A stretch of DNA of 64,000 nucleotides from the NCBI RefSeq assembly GCF_009914755.1, contig NC_060929.1; one strand, given 5' to 3'. Below the pieces are notes generated by a model, which had not been told where the DNA came from, did no database searches, and saw only the letters and a program-made list of their open reading frames with translations. Both the position numbers and the translations under genes were made by a program. Positions 32,253 through 46,360 of this stretch are shown one piece after another (within the stretch, counting starts at the first letter, position 1; every line of letters begins with the position of its first letter). This DNA comes from the human T2T-CHM13v2.0 reference genome, Homo sapiens.

Positions 32253-35002
32253 AAGATTGGAATACAGGTCATTATTACTCCAAAGCCCTTTCCAAGATAC
32301 CACACCATCTCCCAGTGCAAGGCGGCATTACCACACTTGTGTTTAATCCTTAGTAAAGAGGCCCCCACATCACCAACTCCAAACCTCTTCTATGAACATT
32401 CATAAAATATTCCTTACCAATAGTTTATCTCCAATGGTGGTCTCAATTTTAAGGCTGAGCTACTCTAAACCCAAACAAGTCTACCTCAGACCATCTTGGT
32501 CAAACCAGTTGCACCTTAATGGAGAAACCACTGGAAGTGAATAGCAGTCTCTATTCCTGAGCACCACACAGTCCTCTGTTGAACCACAAGCCAAATTCCT
32601 GCTCAAGAAACTTGCCATTTCTGCATCAAGGGTAACATTATTAGACAGGACTACTGGCTCCCTCACCTTCAAATCTGGGTATCTGGGTCTCTTGAGCCAG
32701 AAAAAGATGCCTGACTTTATTGTGGTATGATAGGGACAGGAAGAAGAAGCCCTATGTCACTGTCACTTAGCCCAAAAGTGACTAACTCTAGAAGATAGCC
32801 ACGTGGAAGGTGAAGCCATTGCTCCTTCATCCCAGGCAGCCTCTGACACCGCCATCCCTTTTTCTCTGAACTATTCTACCTAATCCCTGACTCCTCAGGG
32901 GCAAAACTCTCAGAAACCAGACCCTATCTACTACCACTATTACTCTGCAACCTCCCTGAAGGCCCACTTTGTCTAAGAAAAGAATTCTATTCCCTAGTTC
33001 TCCTTCTCTCATTGTCCATTGCCTTGTATTCAGTTTTGCTGAGCTGCATGTTATGCAGAGCTCTTCAAAGGCATCAATATACCACACAAACACTAGAACA
33101 CAGACACAGCCACAGGCCAGGGCCTGGTAGAGTCTGGCTTGCAGCAAGGGTGAAACAACAGTTCTGTGGAAGGAACTTCATGCCTGGGAAGTGAATAAGA
33201 CAGCCAGGCCCTCATGGTTCTGCCTTGTGGATGATTCCTGCCTACTCCAAGTCTAAGCCCCTTGTCTCTCACCCCCAGCACATTCCTGAACTCTCCTCTC
33301 TATTTCTACTTACCATATATTCAAAGATACCAAACATCAGCCTAAATCTAATAAAAACTGGACAGTAACTCCTCTTTAAAAAACAAAAACCAATCTAAAT
33401 CAGCCACTACATACAGTACAATATGACCAGATGAGTGGGACAGATCACTCCCAGGGCTTCATTTGGGATGGAAGCCCAAGTGTCTTTTAGCCATGATTAT
33501 GGGCATAAGACCCTGAGCCCATATATTCTGTAGACCTCAGTTCCTTTAACACCATAAAATAGGGGCTGTATCTGGATGACATGTAGGCAGGGACCCATAT
33601 GGAGTACAAATACTACAGTATACAGAAGCCATGGTAAAGGGCATGATAAAGAGAGAAACACTGATGAGGAGATTTTGGGAAAATTGCTTCCCTTGGGATG
33701 GAGGTGCTGGATGGGGAGGATGGGGAATGAGTCCTAGACATTTCATCTTTATAGGAAAAAGATGGGCAGAACACAGCACTACTGGCCTCCCCACTCAAGT
33801 TATGCTGAAAGCAGTAAAGGGCAAATAGGTTGACTGCTCACCCCAGATCTTCTTATAGACTGGTTGGATTGGGACACTCTCTGATGGGCACTCAGACTTC
33901 AGTTTCACATTTATTCCAAGTTATTGTCCACAGGACAATGGTCAAGAAGTGTGGGATTGGTATTTGGAACCACCTCAGGACATTTGGGCAACATGAACTC
34001 GGAAGACAAAAAAATAAAAACATTTAAGCTTGAGTAAAAGACCATAATCACACAACTCAAGTCAGAAGAAAGCCATGTGTATTTTACTTTCCTTTTGGCT
34101 TTAAACACACTGATAGAAATGGATCTAACGAGAGTCAGCCTCTTACTCTCAGTACACAATGCATTTTACACGTTTTGAAGCTGAACCTGATAATTAGAAC
34201 AAAATTTTGCAATGTTACTGGAGATTTTTAGTATCTGTTTACCAAGGTTTAGGCAAAGCCAATGGGCCTTAAAAATATATAAATCTTAGATATCTTGCTG
34301 ATGGGAGCATAAGCTGGTACAACTGTTCTTTAGATCAATGCGGCACATGTCTCAAAAGTCTTCAAAGTGTGCATACCTTTTAATCGAGTACTTCTTATTC
34401 TAGGAATCTATTCTAGTAAAATAATCAGGAATGTACATAAAGATTAAGATGCAAGGATGCCCATTATATCATTATTTATAATAACAAAATATTACATAAA
34501 ACTATAATTTCCAACGAAGGAAATGAATTTTCAATTAGAGTATATATAATGGAATCTTATGAAGGCATTAAAATTAGGTTGTAACTGCAATTTCATTGAC
34601 ATGGAAAGATATTCATTATATATTGCTAAGCTCAATTAAACAAATTTTTATTGATCACCTGCTATATGGAAGACCATGCTAGGCAGCAGGGACATGGTGG
34701 TGAATTTTAAAGGTATAGTTCTTACCCTTATAAAGAGTATGATTGGCCAGGGAAATCAAACATTGAGGAAGTAATAAGATGAGTAGTAATACTAAAGAGA
34801 AGTATAAAGTACCATGGGAGTAAGTAGCAAAGGAATTTAACCTAAGCCAAAGAGGTCATAAAAGGCCTTCCTGAGGAAGTGATGCTTAAGCAGTAATGAA
34901 GGATGAACGGGAGTCAGACAGGCCAAAAGATGGAGGAGAGAACATTCCAGGAAGATGAATAGCAATTTAAAAAAAAATACATACATCAAAAAAGGCTATT
35001 TA

Positions 35003-35292
35003 GGCTGGGAGCAGTGGCTCATGCCTGTAATCCCAACACTTTGGGAGCCGAAGCAGGTGGATCACTTGAGGCCAGGAGTTCAAGATTGCCTTGCCAACAT
35101 GGCAAAACCCACTCTCTACTAAAAATACAAAAATTAGCCAGGCATGGTGGCACACACCTGTAGTCCCAGCTACTCAGGAGGCTGAGGCACAAGAATCACT
35201 TGAACCCAGGAGGCGAAGGTGGCAGTGAGTTGAGGCTGCACCACTATACTCCAGCCTGAGCAAAAGGGCGAGACTCTGTCTCAAAAAAAAAA
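35003..35292 (+). mobile_element. Older Alu (Sz/J-like)
   Basis: Full dimer. TSD approximately aaaa(g/a)gctatt. Confidence 0.9.
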
Positions 35293-37599
35293 GACTATTC
35301 AACTGTACACATTAAATGAACTTATGTTAAAATATATATTTTGTATATGTATACATTTATAAATATAAAATCTAAAAAGATATAAACCATACTCTTACCT
35401 AGATGTTGTAGTACACGTAATTTTTTACTTTTTGCTTGCCCACAGTTTCTGGTTTTTACCTGTAATAAACACATGTGAACAGTATTTGGATGGACGGGTG
35501 AATGGATGGGTGGAAGGATGGATGGTAACCAGGTTTAATGGAAGGCTTGGGCTGGGCATTGCATTACACTGCTTTCTTCTCTTGATTCTCCCGTCCCTTC
35601 CATTCCTAGAATCTAAGAATGCCCCAGAAGCACTTTTTCTTCCAATTTGTAAAATCACTTTGGTTTTGCTATGACACTTCCGCTACTTCAGAGGCAAGTT
35701 CGTTAACAAAAAGTGGAGCCAGCATGACAATTCATTGCAATTCCAAACAGATTCCTCTCTCAACACTGAACTTTCCAAACTCCACACACAAAGAATAACT
35801 GGCAGAGCTATTTATTGAAGTTACAGCTAAATAACTATTACAGACAAGATGAACTATTTTAAAATAGAGATTGATGAAGGAAAGGGGGAAAAAAGGAAAT
35901 AAAGGCCTTGCAGCTAGGGTTTAGGACAACTCAAAAGGGAATGCAGCTCAAAATTTCCAGATACTGAACTTAGCTAGTTTTCTGGGCTACAGTGTGAAAT
36001 TCCTGGCCCAAGGCTGAAAGTAAGGTAAGAGTAGCCTGGTCCACTTAGCAGAGGCACCACTCCAAGTTGAGACCAGTTCCTTCACATGACAAGCCAAGGG
36101 GGACACACATGTGACAAACTCTCAGTGCACAAGTGCCAAGTCTCTCCCAACAAAACCAGTCTTGCCCAGCTGTGTACCATATTAGGAAAAGGGTCACAGC
36201 CCATTCAGCAAAAATGTGCCTGCACTCACCCCTCCTTAGCAAGCTTGTGTTCATTCTTCAGACATTCACTTATTCACCGCCTCCTGTGGTGGGCATGGAG
36301 GATTCCACAGCAACAAGACATGTTCCCCAAGTGCCCAAAGCTCACAGTCAGGTGCAGGAGATACTTCACTCACTCATTTAAAAAATATTTGTGTCCTACC
36401 ATGTACCAGGTGCTCAGTATATGGTAACAAACAAGCCCACCAAGGTCCCTGTCCTCATGGGGCTTATATTCTAGTGAGGAGAGACAGGTAAAAAACACAT
36501 AACAACAAACCAAGACGATTTTCAGATGGTGATAAATGTTATGAAAAGATGAAGTCAAGTTATAGGATAGAGAGAGGCCTGGTGTGGAACTATGGCCAGA
36601 GTGGTGAGAGGGGGCCTGCCTGAGGAGACATTTGCAGGATAAAAAGCAGTCAGTTACATGAGATACAGGGCATGGGCATTATAGATTCCAGGAAACAGAC
36701 AAGAATGCAGGGTGACAGTCGCCATACTCAGAGCAGGCACAAGCACTTGGAAAGCATGTAGAAGGGACACCTGACCCAGTCTGGAGGTCTCACCAAGCCC
36801 AGATGGCCTCCTTCTGTCGGCAGTGATTTATAGAGCACTGAAAGTACCTGGTTCAGGGGAAGTGCTGAGAGAAACTACAGACAGGAAGCTCAGCCTGTGG
36901 GTTTCAGGTAATTCAATCTCAGAACTAACAGATGGGAAATATTTGGACAAGACTATTGGGCATGCCCAGTAAACAGGGACCCTGGAAAGTTGGCAAAGGT
37001 GCTGAAACTGAATGCCAGATATTGATTATACCTATTTCTCATCCCCCTCAAAACCCACCATCATTTTTCCAAATCTCCTCCACTCCTGTAAAGACTAGCG
37101 GAGGTCCAGGGCCCCTGTCTGGAATGAAGGTCTAGGGAAGGACAATAGGTAGGCCAGCTAGTAAAGCACTGGGCCAGGTGCCAGGAAGCCAAGTCCCACT
37201 CATTCACTGTGACCTTGGGCAGGTCTCTTCCCTTGTCTCAGCCTCAGTGTCCTCCATCTGCAAAGTGAGAGATCAGAAGACCTGGCCATGTGCCCAGGAG
37301 TCTACATTGTTAACAAGCTCCCCCACATGATTATGGTGCAGGGTGAGTTTTGAGAACTAATGGGCTATGTGAGTCTACCTTTTTTCCTCATGGTGGACAA
37401 GGGCTACATGCCCAACTGGCCTGGACCTGGTTCCATCAAGTCCTCCATGGCACAAAGCACACTATCTGGCGTAGAGAAGCCCCTCATAGTGGGCTAATGG
37501 CTTTCTCTTTCCTCCCTCCCCTCATGTCACCACCCCCAACATTCTCCCAGTGGGGCTGCAGCCCCATAACCATGGGTTAATGGTGGCCACTCACCATAC

Positions 37600-37706
37600 C
37601 TGTGAACATCGCACAGAAGTAGGGGCTGCAGGCTGCCAGGACCACACGGTGGGCTTCTATCTCGACATCTTCTGCCACAATCATCACGTCACACAACAGC
37701 TGTTTA
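37600..37706 (-). CDS. KLHL3: KLHL3 exon 3 (107 nt; start of BTB domain, [35 protein letters not shown])
   Basis: Acceptor gtcttacag|TAAA and donor ACAG|gtatgg. Contains the BTB signature [13 protein letters not shown]. Confidence 0.97.
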
Positions 37707-39754
37707 CTGTAAGACACCAGTGAGAGGACAGGATGGGTTGCAGCAAGGACACCTACCCTCATCTTACAAGGGTATTTTTTTCTCCCACCCAGATTTCACA
37801 CTATCACTATACAAAGCTGTCACAGGGACTTGCTCTATCTTGAGTTAGGGAGGGGGGTGGATTCATTGACTTTTCCAAGTCCCTGATAAACCTGACATTC
37901 ATGCTTTCCTAAGGTCCATGGAGAGATCCAACTACTCTGTGGCTGTAAATTCCAGGCTGCTTCATTTGTCTTCACCTCTCTGTTCCCCAATTCTATCAGT
38001 TCAGATTGAGAAGTAGGGGTTTTGCGGCTCAGGGAACAGTGGCAAAAGCTTGGGGCTGTCATTCGAGTGACTGAATGAATGCTGAGGAACATGAGCATAC
38101 CAGTGAAGTGTGTCACCAGCAAGACCAAGTACTAACAATTCCCCCAAGGGACCCACTGTATATGCAACACCAGTAAGAGGCAAGCCGGCCTTAGGTATTT
38201 CTCTTTCGACCCAGATTTAACGCTTTCAACAAGAAGACTCTGCCTGCAAACACAGTGCTCCCTAAAGACCCTGTGCAAACTCCAATCACTGTAATTATTA
38301 AAAATACTGTAATTACCTTTCTGTTTGTCACCCCAACTCAGAAAGGGACTTGTCTTATTTAATGTTGTATCCTAGACACCTGGCTGCATACCTAGCACAT
38401 AGTAGACCCTAAATTTTTACTGAATAAATAAATTAATGAATGAAATGTGATCAATCCACATTCATAGACAGAATAGGGATCTGACTACTTTAGAGATTGA
38501 TAGGGTGCCACAAGCTCCCATCAACCCAAGAATTTTTCCTTCATCATTCTTCTAAGCTCTTATCATGCCTGTTATCAATATAATAGTTAATATTTATTGA
38601 GTTATATGTGCCAGGCACTGTTCTAAGCACTTTTTTACACATATTACTTCATCCTCTCTACCACCCCATGAGATAGGGCTAATTGTTATGCCTATATTGA
38701 AAATGAAGAAACTGAGGTCCAGAGAAGTAATTTTCCCAAGGTCACACAGAAAAGGAACAGTGGAAACAGGATTTAAATGAAGGCAGCTGAAGCCCAGAAC
38801 CCATGCTCTTCATTGGTATCCTGATCACCACTCATCCCTCCTTGAGATTAAAGCACTAGAGAGAGTAGGAAAGACAAGGAGGACAAACACACTTCAACTG
38901 TGAGCCAATGGTAGTGGTTACTTGGCACACTACCCTGGTTTGAGAAGGCTGAGGTCATGACTAGATTCTGTGTGAGAATGTTGAGGCCAATTAATGAGTC
39001 TGCCATGGTTGACGGATGGAAGAAAAGCTACATATTTGCTATCTCTGGTGTAGCACACTAAGTCACTGTCAACTACTAAGATATTTGTTTAGGTTCACAT
39101 ATCAGAGAAATAGAATCATAAGGCCTGAAAAGGCTGGAGCTGCAAATGCTACTAGAGATCATCTGGTCTATGAAACTCAGAGAGGTGAAAAGATGCCCAA
39201 AGCCACAGAAGTCTAAGTCTTGAATCCAGTTCTCCTTACTCCAGACACAGTGACTTTTCCATGGTATCACAATGCCTCATGATTGGCTGACATTCAGAAT
39301 GAGAAAAGACAGAAGACAGGTTAGCCCCAACAGGGAGAAGTGGACAGGAAGTAGAATAAAGTATCGTTAAGGAGGCTTCCTGGAAGGGTGAGACCTTTGG
39401 ACAGCAAGAGGCAAAACCGGGGGATTGAGACCTTACCCTGCAGTGGACAGCAGACCTTAATCACCAACTGTATCAGGATAAACCAGTGCAACCAGGAACA
39501 GAACTGGCTCTTCCCCTAACTGGCTATGAGACCATGGGCAAATAAGCTCACCCCATTTTTCTCACCTGTTTTAGCTGCCTTTGGGACATATATCATGGGG
39601 GCCAAATGGGATTACAGGTGCCATCTGAAAATGGCCTTTAGTCTCATTAAATTTTATTCTAAAATTGTATTTCCAACATGAATAGACTCATCTTGGACAT
39701 TTTTACTTACATTTAGGAAGAAAATTGAGTTATCACTGCTATTTAAGAATAACC

Positions 39755-40021
39755 ACACTTTGGGAGGCTGAGGAAGGCAGATCACTTCAGGCCAGGAGTT
39801 TGAGACCAGCCTTGCCAACATGGTGAGACCCCTTCTCTACTAAAAATACAAAAAAAAAAAAGCCCGGTGTGGTGGCAGATGCCTGTAATCCCAGCTACTA
39901 GGGAGGCTGAGGCATGAGAATCGCTTGAAACCCAGGAGGCAGAGGTTGCTGTGGGCCAAGATCATGCCACTACACTCCAGCCTGGGTGACAGAGCAAGAT
40001 TCTGTCAAAAAAAAAAAAAAA
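39755..40021 (+). mobile_element. 5'-truncated older Alu (Sz/J-like)
   Basis: Starts at cactttggg. TSD aaga(a/g)taacc. Confidence 0.88.
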
Positions 40022-41021
40022 GAGTAACCGGTTATATTTTTTGGTAACTAATAAGAAAATTGTTGGCAGAGAAGAGTCAGAAATGCTGAACAAATGTTCA
40101 GTGCTAGGAGCTGAACAAACAAATGTCAGGGTGTGTTATCTTGCACAAACCCAGGGAGCCTGACAATTTTTGAACAAATGGGAAAGAAACACAAGGGAAT
40201 GAAGAATAAAGATGGAGAATCCAGTTAAGCAAATAAATGACAGCAGTTCTGATGGGTGGAAAGTGTATCTTAAGGCCAGAGAAACACTAACCTGGGAAAT
40301 TGGCCAAAAGAAACTTGCCAAATAGTTAAGATGGGCTTTCCCTGGGGGTGGGGAAGCCTGTCTGCACACTGGAGACATCTTTATGTATCCATGCTACATG
40401 GAAGAGGGAAGTAGTAGCTCTAAAGCACTGCATGGCTCACAAGCACTCCTATTCAATTTACCTGGGATCCTATGGGATCCTTTTTTCCGAGCTATCACAC
40501 TACTCCATCTTGAGGGGAGAAAAGTAGGACTAGACACTTTGCCATTTGTGGAAAAGTACAATGTAGCTGTTAGGAAGGAGCTCAGGCTCTCAAATCAAAC
40601 TCACCTGAGTTCAAGCCTCTCAAACCTCTGTCCCACCACTCTCTAGTGTAGACAAGTACACAACGTCCCCAGAGTGTCACAGAATTGACATGTGCTGTAA
40701 ATCAGATAATGCATAGTGCTAATAGTAAATATTTAGCAAATGTTAACTTTTCATATTTTGAAAAAAAATTTTAAAAAAATGGTTTTTTTTCAATTGTCTG
40801 CTTCACTTTTCCTCCATATCTTCTTTTTTCCAAATAATATTTCATTTAAGATTAGAGGTTAAGTTTTGAACATGTTAAGTTTGAGCTGCCCACTGGACAC
40901 ATAAGTAAGGTTACCAAGCAGGCAAGTGGTTACATGGTCCTGGAATTCAGACATGGGAGATGGTTAAGAGGTTGAGGGGAGGAATAACCAGCAAAAAAAA
41001 AAAAAAAAAAAAAAAGTGTGT

Positions 41022-41142
41022 AGCTGGGTGCAGCAGTACATGCCTATAATCCTAGATGCTCAGGAGGCTGCAGCAGGAGGATTGCTTGAGCCCAGGAGTT
41101 CACGACCAGCCTGGACAACATAATGAAACCCTATCTCAAAAA
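41022..41142 (+). mobile_element. Alu monomer (FLAM-like)
   Basis: gctgggtgcag...ttgcttgagcccaggagttc...ccctatctcaaaaaa. Confidence 0.78.
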
Positions 41143-41144
41143 AT

Positions 41145-42660
41145 ATGACAGTGTGGTACTAGTATAAGGATAGCTATATAGATCAATAAAATAAAATTGA
41201 GAGTCCAGAAATAAACCTTTGTATGTTCAATTGATTTTTGACAAGGTAGCAAGATCATTCAACTGGGAAAAAAACAGTCTTTTCAACAAATGGTGCTGGG
41301 ACAACTGGATATCCATATGCAAAATAATGAAGTTGGATCCCTACCTCACACCATATACAAAAATTTACTTAAAATGGCTCAAAGATCTAAAAGCAAGAGC
41401 TAAAACTATAAAAACTCTTAGAAGAAAACATAGGGGTAAATCTTCATGACTCCAAATAAGGCAATGGTTTCTTAGATATGACACCAAAAGCACAAACAAT
41501 AAAAGAAACAATGATAAATTAGTTATCAAAATTTAAAACATTTGTGCTTCAAAGGATGCCATCAGGATAATGAAAAGACAATCCATAGAATGAGAAATAA
41601 TTTTTTGCAAATCATCTACCTGATAATGAGCTTGTATCTAGAATATGTGAAGAACTCAAACTGTTACAACTCAATAATAAACAGAAAAATAACCTAATTA
41701 AAAATGAACAAGAGATTTTTTTTATTATTATACATTAAGTTTTAGGGTACATGTGCACAACGTGCAGGTTTGTTACATATGTACACATGTGCCATGTTGG
41801 TGTGCTGCACCCATTAACTCGTCATTTAGCATTAGGTATATCTCCTAATGCTATCCCTCCCCCCTCCCCCAACCCCACATATTTCTCCAAACAAGATATA
41901 GAAATAGCCAAAGAGCTCATGAAAAGATGCTCGACATCATTAACAATCAGAGAAATGCAAATCAAAACCACAACAAGATACCACCTTACACTCACTAGAA
42001 TGGCTATAATCAAAAGCACAAACAATAAGAAGTGTTAGAGAAGATGTGGAGAAAGTAGAAGCTTTGCTGTTGATGGAAATGTAAAATGGTGGCAGCTGCT
42101 CTGAAAACAGTTTGGCAGTTCCTCCAAAGATTAAAGTTGCCATATGACCCAATAATCCCACTCCCAGACATATACCTAAGAGAAATAAAAACATACATCC
42201 ACACAAAAACTTGTACATGAATGTTCATAGCAACATTATTTATAATAGCCAGAAGTCAAATGTGGTATATCTATACAATGAAATATTATTCTGCAATAAA
42301 AAGGAATGGTGTACTGAGACATGCTACAACATGAATGAACCTTAAATGCATTATGCTAAATGAAAGAAGCCAGATACAAAAGGCTACCTATTGTATGATT
42401 TTAAAACAGGCAAATCTATAGAGACATAAAGTAGACTAGTGGTTGCCTAGGGCTGATGGGGAGTGGTGGTAAGGATGGGGTAAACTATGGAGGGGATGAC
42501 TGCTAAAGAATACAGCGTTTCTATTTAGGGTGATGAAAATATTCTAAGATTGTGGTTGCACAACTCTGTGAATAAACTAAAAGCCATTAAATTGTAACTT
42601 TAAACGGGTAAATTGTATGGCATCTGAATTATGTCTTGATAAAACTGTTACCAAAAGAAA
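41145..42660 (+). mobile_element. Old L1 (L1MB-like) ORF2 3' part plus 3' UTR, interrupted at 41716-41878
   Basis: ORF2 remnants [14 protein letters not shown]...[11 protein letters not shown] and [10 protein letters not shown]1MB-type 3' UTR (gtggttgcctagggctg...gttgcacaactctgtgaat). Confidence 0.85.
41716..41878 (-). mobile_element. Short L1PA (approximately PA3-PA5) 3'-end insertion nested in the L1MB
   Basis: Close match to the L1HS 3' UTR, but with the older GCTAAATGACGAGTTAATGGG state rather than Ta ACA. Confidence 0.88.
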
Positions 42661-43484
42661 AACAGAAAGCAATATGCTAAGATGGTTCATAACAATAATA
42701 AAAGCATAGTGACAGACCATCAAAAAAAAAGATGAGAGCAGAGAACTGTTTGCAATGGTGAAATGGGAGATTAAAATTGTCAAAATGAGAAAAGAAAGAC
42801 TGCATGTGGATTCTACTCATTGGTTGTTCCATTCTCTCTGCCCCTTCTTTTCAGGCCTGGTTAGGATGTGCTATTCTAAGAAGGCCCACAGCCCCATTTG
42901 CTTGCTGGATGGTAAGTCAGGAGTAAGAGTCACTAGAGCTCTGCCATCCAGAAGCAGCAGCTGTGGTCTGGCCACAGCAGAGCAACAAAGTGCAAAAGGA
43001 GGAAGAAGGCTTGGCAGTGACTATGCCAACAGCCATTCTCTACCATGGAGGTAAAAAGAATAGGAAACTCATGAATTGTGTGATTCATAAATTGCAAAGA
43101 ACATGTGTGCTTGAACTAAAATAGCTTAAAATTAAGGGAAGGGAATGTGAAAGCAATGCAAGAAATAATCCCAAATCCCTGGAATATCATGTAACATTTC
43201 ATTAGCTTAACCCCTGGATGGCAAGATGCTTTAGCCCAGGCCTCCATAAGTATACCCAGCCTCTCTCTAGTTCCCATTAAACTCACTCAGATCAATAAAG
43301 TATCAATGCAGACCCCCTTCCTCCCTGCCTCCCCTTTCCACTCTATTTTTCATAAGTTAGCCATTTAAATACCTTGGAATTTGATGTAGCCTTTCAATAA
43401 CATGCGAATACAAGCTTCACTAAGGGCAAGATTTTAGTCCTCTTATCTCCTGCCATGTTCCTGAACCTAGCACAGTGCTTAGCA

Positions 43485-43508
43485 CATCATCATCATCATC
43501 ATCATCAT
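43485..43508. repeat. (CAT)n microsatellite
   Basis: Direct reading. Confidence 0.85.
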
Positions 43509-44056
43509 AGCTAATGCTTACAGAATATTCATTATGTGCCAGGATCTCACAACAATATCTAAGGCATAGTTATTATTATTATTCTACAGGCTGTTCAAAT
43601 CAGCAATTCTACTTCTCTTCTATACAAATAATCATGAATGTGTACAAGTATTCAACAACAGTAATATATGTGTTGTCACTGTTTTAAGCACTTCATTCAT
43701 TAATCTTCTTAACAAGCCAGCAAGACTGGTACTCTTATTAGCCTCATTTTATGGTTGACAAAAGTGAGATCAGAGAGATTAATTAACTTGTCTAGGGTCA
43801 CACAATAAGTACTAGAGCCAAGATTTGAAGTCAGAGTCTATGTTTGTAATCACTATGTTATATGGCTACAAAGATAACCATAGCAGGGGTTATTTATATG
43901 AGGAACTGGGAAAACCTAGACATCCAACAACAGGGAACTGTCTTTAAAAAATAACTCAAAAATAGAATATCATTGATCCACTTAATATTGTAGAACAGTT
44001 AATGACATAGAAAAATGTGTTCAATATAGTGTTAAGTTAGGTTGAGACGTAAATTT

Positions 44057-44173
44057 CTTTTTTTTTTTTTAATGAGATGGGTCTCACTATGTTGCCCAGG
44101 CTGGCCTCAGATTTCTGGGCTCAAGTGATCCTCCTGCAAAGCTGGGATTACAGTCACAAACTCCAATGCCCAA
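44057..44173 (-). mobile_element. Alu monomer (FLAM-like)
   Basis: Poly-T followed by gagatgggtctcactatgttgcccaggctgg. Confidence 0.8.
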
Positions 44174-44188
44174 CTAAGGCATATGTTT

Positions 44189-45461
<1,273 letters not shown>

Positions 45462-46189
45462 TGAGACATATATTCTAAAGAAGAGAGGTATACTGTCCAA
45501 AGTATTACAATGGTTACCACTATGTAATAAAATTATAGATGACTTGTTGCTCATTTGTATATTCTAAATGTTCTATAATAAATATATTCCTTTTACAAAA
45601 GAAAAATTAAAAGAAAAATGATAGGAAAATCTATGCCTAAACCTGAATTAAAATTTTCCTAGCCAGTCAAATATATATAGATTGTGGTCCATTTGAAAAA
45701 AAACAAAAAGAGGGAGAATAAGATTATTCACTTAAATTTCAGCAAAGGACTATGTCTGGTATTAGAAAAGTGTTTCCCAAAACAAATTTCACAAAACACT
45801 TGGTCTATATGCAACAACCACCAAAGGCGGCTCTATAGTCAAATATGTGTGGAAAACCTTTGGTCAGACAAGTTTAGTGCAGGACTTCTCACAGCGTTTA
45901 ATATGCCAGTATGCATTATGAACCTCAGAGAGGGGTACAGTATATAGCATTCTTCAAACTCATTGGGGCACAGAGCTCTTTTTTCTCACAGAGCATCTTA
46001 AGGGAACTAGCATTTCTCAGAACAGAGTTTGACAAATGCTGAATTATACAAAAGAGAAGAAGAAGCAGGACTGTTAGAGATGGCTAAATCTAAGTCAATG
46101 CTTTTGGGGAAAGAGAAAAACCTAGTAACTTGTAACAGAAGTAATGAGAACTCAGGATGTCTTTTTAAAAAATTATTTAAAGAAAAGGG

Positions 46190-46360
46190 GGCTGGGCATG
46201 GTGGCTCATGGCCATAATCCCAACATTTTGGGAGGCCACGGTGGGAGGACTGCTTGAACTCAGGTGTTCAAGGTCACAGTGAGCTGTGACTGGGACATTG
46301 CACTCCAGCCTAAGTGACAGACCAAGACTCTGTCTCTTTAAAAAAATAAACAAACAAAGA
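46190..46360 (+). mobile_element. Alu monomer (FRAM/FAM-like)
   Basis: ggctgggcatggtggctcatg...cactccagcct...A-rich tail. Confidence 0.75.

Noticed and set aside
40993-41015. Orphan A23 run as an independent retro-insertion
   Set aside because: No upstream body and no TSD of its own. It is better explained as an expanded A-rich target site of the adjacent Alu monomer.
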